A stretch of DNA of 63,517 bases, the filler included, from Bdellovibrionota bacterium (GTDB taxonomy: Bacteria > Bdellovibrionota > Bdellovibrionia > Bdellovibrionales > JAEYZS01): the NCBI GenBank assembly GCA_963169515.1. It is 7 parts of 7 records of this genome, joined end to end, with 100 filler letters (N's around TTAATTAATTAA, not from the genome) between each part and the next. Parts side by side here need not be neighbours in the genome. Positions count along the whole stretch, not along the records: positions 1 to 29,765 come from CAUJEF010000001.1; positions 29,866 to 33,104 come from CAUJEF010000002.1; 5 more parts are not named here. One strand, 5' to 3'. The translations under genes and the position numbers were made by a program. This document shows positions 21,228-30,361 of this stretch, piece by piece. Numbering within the stretch: the first letter of the stretch is position 1; every line of letters begins with the position of its first letter. Under the pieces are notes generated by a model. The model saw nothing but the letters and a program-made list of their open reading frames with translations. It had not been told where the DNA came from and did no database searches.

Positions 21228-22031
21228 TTGGGGAAGTGGATCTGCTTAGCAATATTTGCCTTTACGCCGGCATATGCGGAAACAATCACGGAAAGATTAA
21301 ATTCCAAACCTGTGATCACAGGCGCACATCAGGGCGGAACTTTCACCCCCGATTCCAACACCCTTGCGCAATTTAAGCGCGTCATCGCCGCAGGAATTGA
21401 CATTATTGAAACTGACTTGCGACCAACACTGGATGGCGTACCTGTGGTACTTCATGATAGCACTCTCGACAAAAAAACAAACTGCACAGGGCCTGTTAAC
21501 CAAAAAACCTATGCCGAAATTCAACGCTGCAAAGTTGAGTTCTCACAGGAACATATTCCATCTTTCGAACAGGTCTTAAAATGGGTAAACGGCCGCGCCA
21601 TCATCAATGCAGAATTTAAAACCGACGACGTTATTGTCGCTGCAATTGATCTGGTAAAAAAGTATAACGCCTATGAATGGGTGTTTTTTCAAACCAGAGC
21701 AAATCAAAACACATACTATCAAGCGCGCAGCTATGACAACTACGTAGCTCTGTTATATAAAACTGTAGACTTAGAAAATTTGCAATGGGCCATCGCCCTG
21801 AATGATCCTCGTTTGATCGTAATTGAAATGGAAAAAAAAATGATTATCCAGAAGCATATCCAAATTGCACACGGCGCAGGTAAATTTATTCTAACAGACA
21901 CATGGCGCTACGTTTGGCACAAAGAAATTGCCGGCGCCGCTTGTACCAACGCATGGAAACGTGGTGCTGATATCGGCATTTCTAATGCGCCCAACCAATG
22001 CATTGCTCAAGCAAAGAAATGGAAGCCCTAA
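21228..22031 (+). CDS. Secreted glycerophosphodiester phosphodiesterase family protein
   Basis: Signal peptide; AHQGG, IETD and DGVPVVLHD. Confidence 0.85.
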   Translation: MGKWICLAIFAFTPAYAETITERLNSKPVITGAHQGGTFTPDSNTLAQFKRVIAAGIDIIETDLRPTLDGVPVVLHDSTLDKKTNCTGPVNQKTYAEIQRCKVEFSQEHIPSFEQVLKWVNGRAIINAEFKTDDVIVAAIDLVKKYNAYEWVFFQTRANQNTYYQARSYDNYVALLYKTVDLENLQWAIALNDPRLIVIEMEKKMIIQKHIQIAHGAGKFILTDTWRYVWHKEIAGAACTNAWKRGADIGISNAPNQCIAQAKKWKP

Positions 22032-22091
22032 TTAAAAGGATGGGCAGAGCAGCCTTGCCTGCCCTGCCCAATGTAAGGGGGCAAAGAATTT

Positions 22092-22265
22092 TTATGAGCT
22101 TGTACGCGTTGTCGTTACAAACGACGTTCGATGCTTTCCATTCTTATGCTTTTTCATAATTTTTGAAGCTTCCGTCTTTGTAGGGGTTTCTTTCCCTATA
22201 GTTTCCCCGGCAACGGCGCTTCCAGCAATGAGTGCTGTGACGGCAGCTACTGTTAATGGATTCAT
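22092..22265 (-). CDS. Small (57 aa) putative secreted peptide not in the ORF track
   Basis: MNPLTVAAVTALIAGSAVA-GETIGKE...; AGGTGAGG RBS; TCCGATAA upstream. Confidence 0.5.
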   Translation of the reverse strand: MNPLTVAAVTALIAGSAVAGETIGKETPTKTEASKIMKKHKNGKHRTSFVTTTRTSS

Positions 22266-22399
22266 AAAGACCTCACCTTCTGTCGCAAAAACTTGGCGAC
22301 TGTTGTAAGTTTATTATCGGACGGTGACCTTAAAGTGATATTAATTAAAAATTAATTCTTTTTAATTGAACTGTTTAATTGAACTGTAACTGTACGAAA

Positions 22400-22690
22400 C
22401 TACTTCTTCTTAAACAGCGCTTCTGCGGCTGAAAGTATTGCGTCTTTTTTATTTTCGCTCTTTGCCTCGCTGCTGGGAGAAAAATAGTCGCAAAAATTTG
22501 CGCGGTCTTTTTCTTTAACATAATCGGCGGAAGATTCTTTGCATTCGTTATAAGCACCCGGATCATAGTGAACACAGTTTAAACAGACATGAATATCGCT
22601 ACGACATTTTGCACATTCATCACGACGGCCGAAGCGGTCGCTTGTGGTGCTGATGGTTTGACATTTAAAACATGATACGGTTTGCGGCAT
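22400..22690 (-). CDS. Small Cys-rich zinc-binding protein
   Basis: CxxC, CxxC, HxCxxC and ANFCDYF. Confidence 0.8.
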   Translation of the reverse strand: MPQTVSCFKCQTISTTSDRFGRRDECAKCRSDIHVCLNCVHYDPGAYNECKESSADYVKEKDRANFCDYFSPSSEAKSENKKDAILSAAEALFKKK

Positions 22691-22701
22691 ATAATTATTG
22701 A

Positions 22702-23661
22702 TTAGAGTGGTTTTTTATCCAAAAAATGGTACGCGCTTACCTCACGAATTGTTCCCGTTTTTGAGCGCATCACAATCGAATGTGTTTTTACACGATTTCC
22801 TGATAAAAATCGGACGCCATCAAGCAGCGGCCCATGGGTCACACCACTTGCTATAAACATCACATCACCGTTAGCGAGCTCGTCCCGGGTGTAAATCTTA
22901 TCCAGATGGGTCACTCCCATTTTTTTTGCACGCGCCTTTTCTTCTTCATTTCGAAACGCCAACTGCCCTTGAAAATCGCCATTTAAACATTTCATTGCAG
23001 CCGCTGAAATCACGCCCTCAGGAGCGCCACCAATGCCCAATAGCATATCTATGCCAGCATCGCCCCACGCAGTTGCAATCGCAGCAGATACGTCGCCATC
23101 TTGAATCAGGTGAATGCGACAACCCGTTTCACGTACCCGACGAATTAATTCTTCGTGACGTGGGCGATCCAAAATAATCACTGTAAAATCAGAAACAGAC
23201 TTTCCATAGGCTTCGGCTGCCTTGCGAATATTTTCTTCCGGAGTTTTTTTTAGGTCAATTTTTCCATACGCCTTGGGGCCAACAGCAATTTTATTCATAT
23301 ACGTGTCTGGCGCATGAAGAAATTTTCCCCTTTCTGCAACTGCAATCACGCTGATCGCACCCACCCCGCCACGTGCCGTTATGCTGGTACCTTCCAAAGG
23401 GTCTAGCGCAATATCAACTTCGGCTGCATCATTACCTGCGCGCCCAACCTTTTCACCAATATAAAGCATCGGCGCTTCGTCGCGCTCGCCTTCGCCAATT
23501 ACGACTGTTCCCTTGATATTTACAGTATCAAAGGCCTTTCTCATGGCATCGACCGCCGCCTGATCAGCAGAATCGCTATTTCCGCGTCCCATCCAGCGTG
23601 CAGAGGCCATCGCAGCGGCCTCTGTAATTCGAACAAATTCTAGGGCCAGGTTTCTGTCCAT
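22702..23661 (-). CDS. glpX: Class II fructose-1,6-bisphosphatase
   Basis: IGEGERDEAPML, DPLEGT and GGAPEGV. Confidence 0.97.
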   Translation of the reverse strand: MDRNLALEFVRITEAAAMASARWMGRGNSDSADQAAVDAMRKAFDTVNIKGTVVIGEGERDEAPMLYIGEKVGRAGNDAAEVDIALDPLEGTSITARGGVGAISVIAVAERGKFLHAPDTYMNKIAVGPKAYGKIDLKKTPEENIRKAAEAYGKSVSDFTVIILDRPRHEELIRRVRETGCRIHLIQDGDVSAAIATAWGDAGIDMLLGIGGAPEGVISAAAMKCLNGDFQGQLAFRNEEEKARAKKMGVTHLDKIYTRDELANGDVMFIASGVTHGPLLDGVRFLSGNRVKTHSIVMRSKTGTIREVSAYHFLDKKPL

Positions 23662-24050
23662 GTCTCACCTTCCAGTAGTTTTAGCAAATCCTCTGTTGGT
23701 TTACACACTTTTAGTTCTTTATTCAAGAGCACATGTTCTGAGTGCCCCGTCGCAATCAAACTATCCCGCACGAACATTGCGTATTGAAATATAACCCGAA
23801 TCCCCTGTTGTCTGATTTGCAATTTTACTCGGAATTCATCATTAAAATTCGCGATTCCTTTATGTTGGACAGAGGTTGCGAGCACCGCAAGCGTATAATT
23901 GCCCCAGAATGGCAAGTCTGACGCACCTTTTTGATTGAACCACGCAACACGTGTTTCTTCAAAAATTCGTAAATAGTTTGCGTGATGGACAATCCCCATC
24001 TGATCGGTTTCGTAAAAATGAATCCGTCGTGAATAATAAAAATCAGTCAT
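23640..24050 (-). CDS. Acyl-CoA thioesterase (YbgC/4HBT family)
   Basis: ETDQMGIVHHANY. Confidence 0.9.
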   Translation of the reverse strand: MTDFYYSRRIHFYETDQMGIVHHANYLRIFEETRVAWFNQKGASDLPFWGNYTLAVLATSVQHKGIANFNDEFRVKLQIRQQGIRVIFQYAMFVRDSLIATGHSEHVLLNKELKVCKPTEDLLKLLEGETWTETWP

Positions 24051-24771
24051 AGTTTCTTAAAATATTTAACAACCGGTCAATGGGGTCGCGGTTTTCTTGG
24101 ATTTGGGTCAAAACCGAAACCACCTTTTCAAAAAAAACAGTTTGCCCACTAAGCAATTCTTTACTAAGCAATTCTTTTTCGTCAATATTACGAATGTAGT
24201 ACGCATAATCGTCGGTCGGATCTTGCGTCCATGGAGATGCCTTTGTCGTGTGAAATTCGCCATCGCCGTAAAATAAAACCTGATGGTTCAGTTCTATTGT
24301 AGCCTTCAGAATCTTTTCATGACCTTCCCATATAAACACATTGGTATCATTTGGGCCGTGGTACCAATGTGAAAAGTCTTGGGTTCTTGAATAAAATCGT
24401 GGTTCAATATAATGGGTATTTAGCCCTATAATTTTATCTTTTAAGAAATTTTCAATTTCCAAATGTGCTTGAACAGACAGATCCGGGAAGTGAACACCCA
24501 GGATATGATCCAATTTACGCACCAAAAACACATTGATATTGACAGAATGATTTCCAAACAGGAATTCCAAAGGCAATTGCTCGTTTTGTGAAAATGGAAT
24601 ATCAAGGCCCGCAGGCCTGTTAAGTGCCGCACCGATGTAGGAAATATCCAACACCCCGCCCACATCGCCGTTAGGCCACCGCACCTGGATGCCCAACATT
24701 TCTTTGAAATCCCCCAAGGATTTATCCAAAAAAACACGCGGATACCTGCGTTGATTTTCAGCCTTCGTCAT
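24043..24771 (-). CDS. PilZ-domain protein
   Basis: QRRYPR and DISYIG. Confidence 0.8.
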   Translation of the reverse strand: MTKAENQRRYPRVFLDKSLGDFKEMLGIQVRWPNGDVGGVLDISYIGAALNRPAGLDIPFSQNEQLPLEFLFGNHSVNINVFLVRKLDHILGVHFPDLSVQAHLEIENFLKDKIIGLNTHYIEPRFYSRTQDFSHWYHGPNDTNVFIWEGHEKILKATIELNHQVLFYGDGEFHTTKASPWTQDPTDDYAYYIRNIDEKELLSKELLSGQTVFFEKVVSVLTQIQENRDPIDRLLNILRNYD

Positions 24772-25384
24772 TGAAGTAGTATCCCCTTATTTTTGCCTGT
24801 GCGTGTATATAAGATCGCATTTTTTCTGCAACCTGTCGTGCTATTATCTCTATGCCGAAGTTAACTATCGCTTTGGGAAGGGGCAATTTTTCAGAAAAAT
24901 AATCGGATGCAAAAGACAGTTCAGTTCTATGACGCCCTATTTCTTGAATATTAATTAGTCCCTTCATGCCTTTGAAACTGCCTTCGATGCACTCCCAGTC
25001 CCACTTTGTCGTGTTGTTTGTTTTTTGTTCATCCATTTTAAGATACATTCTTGCGTGGTAGCCCAGTACCGCCAAATGCAGAAATAATTGCTTTTGGTCT
25101 TTCATGATTCTCACTTCTTGAAAACGCGGGTCAACTTTTTTCAAATCCTCAAAATTACGGACCACAGAATCCGTAAATGTGTAATTGGACTTTACCACAC
25201 CGCCGGCCACAACATTAAAGTGATACTTTAGCTTTTCTCTCTTTTCGCTTGTTTGGGCTGAAACAACAAGCAGGTCGTCTTTTAGCATTCTTTTTTGGAC
25301 TTCGGGCTTTGAGCGCCAAAAGGGCCTGTACAGATCTGCATGAATCTGTTGAGATAGGAACAGGAAAAATATTAGGGTATGCAC
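24758..25384 (-). CDS. Exported START-like hypothetical protein
   Basis: Hydrophobic N-terminus; W.CIEGSFKGMKG pattern. Confidence 0.65.
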   Translation of the reverse strand: MHTLIFFLFLSQQIHADLYRPFWRSKPEVQKRMLKDDLLVVSAQTSEKREKLKYHFNVVAGGVVKSNYTFTDSVVRNFEDLKKVDPRFQEVRIMKDQKQLFLHLAVLGYHARMYLKMDEQKTNNTTKWDWECIEGSFKGMKGLINIQEIGRHRTELSFASDYFSEKLPLPKAIVNFGIEIIARQVAEKMRSYIHAQAKIRGYYFNDEG

Positions 25385-25936
25385 AAAAATCTTCCTTTAT
25401 TGCTGACAGTATCACGGATTGCAGTGGTGCCACTAATTATCCTCGCTATGATCTGGGACAGTCAATGGGGCGGAATCATAGCGGCTGTGTTGTTTGTGGT
25501 AGCCTCTATCACCGATTACTATGACGGCCACTTTGCCAGAAAATATCAAGTTGAAAGTATAATGGGAAAATTGCTTGACCCCATCGCTGATAAAATTTTG
25601 GTTTCCGCTACACTCATTATGTTAATCCCGACGGGACGCTTGGGACCGATTATGGTGATTATCCTGATCGCCAGGGATGCATTCATCAATGGACTGCGAT
25701 CTGTGGCGGCGGCCCAAAACATTGTGATTGGCGCAGATCCCTTGGGTAAATGGAAAACGGGTTTTCAGATGGTCGCCATCCCTTGCGTGTTGGTGCATAC
25801 CATCCCCTTGCCATACTTGGATAAAATTCCCATATATCAAATAGGTTACTGGATTATGTGGCTAAGTGTTATTTTAAGTCTTGTTTCCGGATACTCTTAC
25901 ATTCAAAAGTACTTAAAAAATCAGCCTCTTAGTTGA
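25379..25936 (+). CDS. pgsA: CDP-diacylglycerol--glycerol-3-phosphate 3-phosphatidyltransferase
   Basis: DYYDGHFAR...GKLLDPIADK; followed by tRNA-Gly. Confidence 0.95.
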   Translation: MHKNLPLLLTVSRIAVVPLIILAMIWDSQWGGIIAAVLFVVASITDYYDGHFARKYQVESIMGKLLDPIADKILVSATLIMLIPTGRLGPIMVIILIARDAFINGLRSVAAAQNIVIGADPLGKWKTGFQMVAIPCVLVHTIPLPYLDKIPIYQIGYWIMWLSVILSLVSGYSYIQKYLKNQPLS

Positions 25937-25961
25937 CAGGGTTAAACGTACCCGTTAACTT
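25933..25961 (+). promoter_or_regulatory. Sigma70-like promoter for tRNA-Gly
   Basis: TTGACA-N17-TAACTT. Confidence 0.6.
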
Positions 25962-25978
25962 AAATTTTCTTATCCTTT

Positions 25979-26054
25979 GCGGAAGTAGCTCAGCTGATAG
26001 AGCGTCGCCTTGCCAAGGCGAAGGTCGCGGGTTTGATCCCCGTCTTCCGCTCCA
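25979..26054 (+). tRNA. tRNA-Gly(GCC)
   Basis: 76-nt cloverleaf; anticodon GCC at 26012-26014; encoded CCA. Confidence 0.97.
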
Positions 26055-26072
26055 ATTTTTTCTGGGGAATCG

Positions 26073-26453
26073 ATGGCTGCAACACTCACAGAGTTTGAAA
26101 AGGCTTTAAATGCGCTGGGCGAAGCTCTCAATTACCATCAAGAAGTTAAGGGTGACTCTCCAAAAAAAATTGCTCGTGATGCCTGCATACAACGCTTTGA
26201 ATTTTGCATTGAAATCGCCTGGAAGACAGCCGCAAAAATAATCGGAACAAATTCGACAGCACCAAATCTTGTAATTCGTGAATTGGCGCGAAATGATATC
26301 CTCGAAAACCCCGAAGCCTGGCTACATTATATCAAAGCTCGTAACATGACTTCGCACACCTATGACGAAAAAATAGCAAAAATTGTTTTTGAAACAGTTT
26401 TGTCTTTTTATCCAGAGGCCCAAAAACTTTTGGCCATCCTAAAAACAAAATGA
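26073..26453 (+). CDS. HEPN toxin (HI0074-like nucleotidyltransferase substrate-binding protein)
   Basis: IQRFEF..E..WK; RNMTSH (Rx4H); TYDE. Confidence 0.9.
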   Translation: MAATLTEFEKALNALGEALNYHQEVKGDSPKKIARDACIQRFEFCIEIAWKTAAKIIGTNSTAPNLVIRELARNDILENPEAWLHYIKARNMTSHTYDEKIAKIVFETVLSFYPEAQKLLAILKTK

Positions 26454-26752
26454 ACTTTGGGCTTGCAGACCACCATTGGGAATTCATCAACGCCACCCTA
26501 ATTCAACCATTAAAAGATTACGGCGTGCGTGTATGGATATTTGGCTCGCGGGCTAAGGGAACACAAAAAAAATTTTCAGACTTGGATGTCCTGTACGAAT
26601 TAGGACCTCACGTTTTGCCTAAAAATATGTTGAGCGACATTGTGGAAAAATTGGAAGAATCCACTTTACCAATCAAAATTGACATCGTCGAAATTACCAA
26701 CTTGGCCGAAAGTTACCGAAGTGATGTTATGAAAACGCGGGTGAGCGTTTAG
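26450..26752 (+). CDS. Minimal nucleotidyltransferase (MNT) antitoxin
   Basis: FGSRA.G...SDLD; ATGA overlap with the HEPN gene. Confidence 0.9.
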   Translation: MNFGLADHHWEFINATLIQPLKDYGVRVWIFGSRAKGTQKKFSDLDVLYELGPHVLPKNMLSDIVEKLEESTLPIKIDIVEITNLAESYRSDVMKTRVSV

Positions 26753-26800
26753 AAAATGTAAAATGCGGCGTCTCAGATGTTAACTCCTCAAACATTTGTC

Positions 26801-26829
26801 TTGACTAAATATGTCCAATTGGATATATT
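26801..26829 (+). promoter_or_regulatory. Toxin-antitoxin promoter/operator
   Basis: TTGACT-N17-TATATT overlapped by the 22-bp near-perfect palindrome AATATGTCCAATTGGATATATT. Confidence 0.75.
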
Positions 26830-26841
26830 CGTTTATAGAGT

Positions 26842-27177
26842 ATGTAGATCAACTTTTATCACACCTCGAGCGGACGTTCACCAGTTGAAGACTTCATCGA
26901 ATCACTCTCAAAAGCGGATAGAGCTAGATTCGCGGAGGTACTTGTTGGTCTTGGGCAATTTGGCTTGTCGTACGTACGGGTCACTTTTAAGCCGCTTCGC
27001 GGGAAACTTTGGGAAATCAAATTTTCTGCACCTGGTGGTGGTTATCGAATGGCTTACGTGCTTGTAGATCAAGATGAAATAGTGATCTTGCATGCTTTTA
27101 AGAAAACGACTCCAAATACCCCTTTAAGGGATTTGGACCTTGCCGAAAAACGTATGAAGGAGGTTTTAGGCATATGA
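26842..27177 (+). pseudogene. RelE/HigB (Gp49-like) toxin with TAG at codon 2
   Basis: ATG TAG, then in frame INFYHTSSGRSPVEDFIESL...KLWEIK...ILHAFKK. Confidence 0.85.
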
Positions 27178-27497
27178 AAACACAGAAAAGAAAAGCGTAT
27201 CATTCTGCTGATAAATTTATTCAAAAACTTCTAAAAGATAACGAAGTCCGCGTTATGTTTGAGGCCGAGCGCGCAAAAACGCTCATCGCTGACGCTGTTA
27301 GGACTGCCCGCCTCAAAGCTGGTATTACTCAGGTGGAGCTGGCAAAATTAGCAGGTACCACCCAAACCGTAATCAGTCGCATTGAATCCGGCACTGACTC
27401 GCGAACGCCATCACTTGATTTACTTTCCCGCATTGCAGGAGCTTGTAAAGCAACGCTGACGTTCACGTTTGAATTTCCCAAGCGCAAGGTCGCCTAA
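27174..27497 (+). CDS. HigA-like XRE HTH antitoxin
   Basis: ITQVELAKLAGTTQTVISRIESG. Confidence 0.9.
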   Translation: MKTQKRKAYHSADKFIQKLLKDNEVRVMFEAERAKTLIADAVRTARLKAGITQVELAKLAGTTQTVISRIESGTDSRTPSLDLLSRIAGACKATLTFTFEFPKRKVA

Positions 27498-27829
27498 ACA
27501 TTTGATTCAAACTTGCGCCCGGTAAATCGCTTTTCTTTCAATTTCATAAGGCATCTCGCCGGACCATGCTTAACCATATCCGGATTAGCTCGGATTATCC
27601 CAAGCTGTTTAATTAAAAATGTGCGACTCACCCCGAATTTATAAACCAGGGCGTCCACTTGCATTTTGTCGACCCATCGCAGTTTTGCCAGCTCCGACAG
27701 ATCAATTTCTTGTCTTTTCCACGAGATCGCATATATTCGAGATACGCGAGCCTCAGTTGGTTTGAACGGCTTAGGTAGGTTCGCTCCAATTTTTGATGGC
27801 GAAATCTGCCACCGTGACCTGCCTCCCAA
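27494..27829 (-). CDS. Hypothetical protein, possible HTH; start uncertain
   Basis: ORF track; LVYKFGVSRT is helix-turn-helix-like. Confidence 0.4.
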   Translation of the reverse strand: MGGRSRWQISPSKIGANLPKPFKPTEARVSRIYAISWKRQEIDLSELAKLRWVDKMQVDALVYKFGVSRTFLIKQLGIIRANPDMVKHGPARCLMKLKEKRFTGRKFESNV

Positions 27830-27875
27830 GCAGTTTTTTTTTGCCTAAAATTCGAAAATCCGAAATTCTAGAGGA

Positions 27876-29331
27876 ATGAAGCGGCGATTAGATGTTCTGT
27901 ATTTTTCGATTTTTTCTTTCGTCGTGTTTATTTCATATTATTGGTTCGCCACTCTCGGAACGTGGAAGCCCATTCCCCACAAGACATGCCACTACTACGA
28001 AAATTACTATTCCTATGTGCTTCAATCTGAGGCTTTTTTAAAAGGGCAACTCAACTTTCCCATCGAAATCCCAGAGTTTTTGAAAAATAATCCTAATCCT
28101 TATGACCCTCAGTATAACGGACAGATACGATACGAAAATTTAAGCTACAATTCTTTACCATATTGCTTACATGATACATCGTACTACAAGGGAAAAATAT
28201 TTATGTATTTCGGGCCCCTTCCCGCGGTCCTCATCTACATACCGTTTAAGTTCCTTTTGGGACAATACCCTTCACCTGAATTTGTGGTGAGCCTCTTTTT
28301 GACCTTTACATTTTTATTTTCACTTCTGACACTTCATCTGTTGATATCCCGCTGGAGGTTTCGACAACCATTCCAGTGGACGACCTTGCTAGGAATCGGA
28401 CTCGCCTGGGGAACTGGAACCCCTTATGTTGTCGGACGTATTGCAGGTTATGAGGTTGCGATTGCTACAGGTACACTTTTACTTTCTATCTTGGCTTGGA
28501 CGTTTACTAAAATTTATTTTAAAAATTCAGGAAAACTGCATTGGTTACTCGGCGCAGGACTTGGGATGCTCGCCTTGACTCGGCCCCATCTCCTGATTTC
28601 TATTCCATTTTTTCTGATCCCACTGAAAAACAAACTCAACAAAAAACATTTTAATGAGATATTTTTTTCACTTGGTTTTTTTTGCATCTATCACGGCCCT
28701 TTATAATTTTTTAAGATTCGATTCGCCTTTTGAGTTCGGTTTAAAATACCAAATGACGGTCTGTAATTCTGCCGATCTGATATGTGCAAGCAAGGGATTT
28801 GTTGCATTTTTAAAATGCATTACCTTTTCAATCCTCGGTTATTTGTTCCGTAAACCAGAGTTCTCGTCACAGTTTCCATTTGTAACCGATAGCCCTGAAA
28901 GGCCGCCATTCTTGAAAATGGACTTTCGCTACAACTATGAGGATCTGTTCGGTCTGATTTACATTCAACCCCTGTTATTGGGCGGAGTCTTGGCGTTTAT
29001 TTGGGCGCGCAAAGAACCTTATGTTAACTGGATCGCCCTGATTCCGTGCTCAATTTTTATCGCTCTTGGAGTCATTGCGGGTGCACATGCACGATATATA
29101 TTGGATTTTAATTCACTTATTTATATAGCCTGTTCACTGAGTTTACTTGTTGCCCTTAAAAACAAAGCTGGAATAGCAAAGATACTAATTGGGTTTTCCA
29201 TAGTCTGGTCCCTACCTGTAGGATTTCTCCTTGGTATTCAAGGTTCCCTCAACGCTTTTTCCCGATTAAACCCCGAAATGTTCTCCAAAATCCACAGTAT
29301 TTTTAAGCCCTTTGAACGTATTTTTAATTAA
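27876..29331 (+). pseudogene. Multi-pass membrane protein (GT-C glycosyltransferase-like) split by a frameshift near 28662-28683
   Basis: Overlapping ORFs 27876-28706 and 28654-29331; D.SYY.GK..MYFGP and YN..RF.SPFEFG..YQ motifs; T7 and T8 tracts at the junction. Confidence 0.7.
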
Positions 29332-29391
29332 TTTAATATGCCGCGATTTTGTATTTGTCTTGGGGGGGTAAAATGCTAGCTGCTGTCTTAA

Positions 29392-29765
29392 TCACGGGCA
29401 CGTCCAATTAAGTAGAACTGTGGTCATTGATAAAACCTGAGAACCTACAGCGTCACTATCCACATGGCCAACAATAATGCCATCGGATGGGGCTGTGACA
29501 ACAAACCCTGCAGATTGATAAACATTACCGTCTGGCCAGTTAACAGTCCATGTGCGTGAATTCGCAAGCAAGCCGCCGGTGGAAGTTTGAACGCTGATCA
29601 TGCCCAAAGTTGCACCACCCTGTCCTTTATTGCCAGTGATACCCCCCACAAAAACAAAGTATTTCTGCCCTGCTGTTAATCCCGTAACCGTATTTGAACT
29701 AACAGACGCGCCTGTAACAGGAAATGCCGACATTCCTAAAACAGTTCCCATCAAACCAGATGTGC
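29392..29765 (-). CDS. C-terminal fragment of a Gly/Ser/Thr/Val-rich beta-rich protein (adhesin or fibre tip-like), truncated by the contig end
   Basis: Frame is open up to the linker. Confidence 0.5.
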
Positions 29766-29865
29766 NNNNNNNNNNNNNNNNNNNNNNNNNNNNNNNNNNN
29801 NNNNNNNNNTTAATTAATTAANNNNNNNNNNNNNNNNNNNNNNNNNNNNNNNNNNNNNNNNNNNN
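29766..29865. other. Artificial contig linker
   Basis: N44-TTAATTAATTAA-N44; stops in all six frames. Confidence 0.99.
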
Positions 29866-30303
29866 ACCTCACCAATCACAGATTACGATATTAAGAAGCT
29901 AAATACGGGCGATTATTTAATTGGGCAGGGCGACGTTAAAAATACGTCAGCCATTTTTGAATCAATCGATTTCGTAAAGCTACAAAACCTTATCGGAATC
30001 TGGGAAAATAAAACCGATGGAATCCTTGTTAACATTATAAGCTCGACGCAACTATCAATATCGTCAACAAAGACAAACAGGAAGTTTTCAGCTAATTTTG
30101 TTTATGTCATCGCACCAAACGAGAAATCAAAATGGACCCTATTTATTTTTCCCGTACCGTCATCACCCGATAGCAAGATTATCCCAGCCATTGTAACCTA
30201 CAACAATCCCACCTCTGCCAAGTTTTTAAGGCTTGTCCTATACGATCCAGATACCCACTATATCCAAATTCAGTCGACATTATTTTTAAGAAATAAGAAT
30301 TAA
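29866..30303 (+). CDS. 5'-truncated hypothetical protein, not in the ORF track
   Basis: Stop-free frame TSPITDYDIKKLNTGDYLIGQG...LFLRNKN, ending at TAA 30301-30303. Confidence 0.7.
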   Translation, partial: TSPITDYDIKKLNTGDYLIGQGDVKNTSAIFESIDFVKLQNLIGIWENKTDGILVNIISSTQLSISSTKTNRKFSANFVYVIAPNEKSKWTLFIFPVPSSPDSKIIPAIVTYNNPTSAKFLRLVLYDPDTHYIQIQSTLFLRNKN

Positions 30304-30361
30304 CAATTTGCTGGCGCCGGATTAGATTCATCCTGTTTAACTCTTCATCGCCGGAGATGAC

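Noticed and set aside
22270..22320. Riboswitch in the leader of the 57-aa ORF
   Set aside because: Only a 5-bp hairpin; no c-di-GMP or other aptamer consensus recognised.
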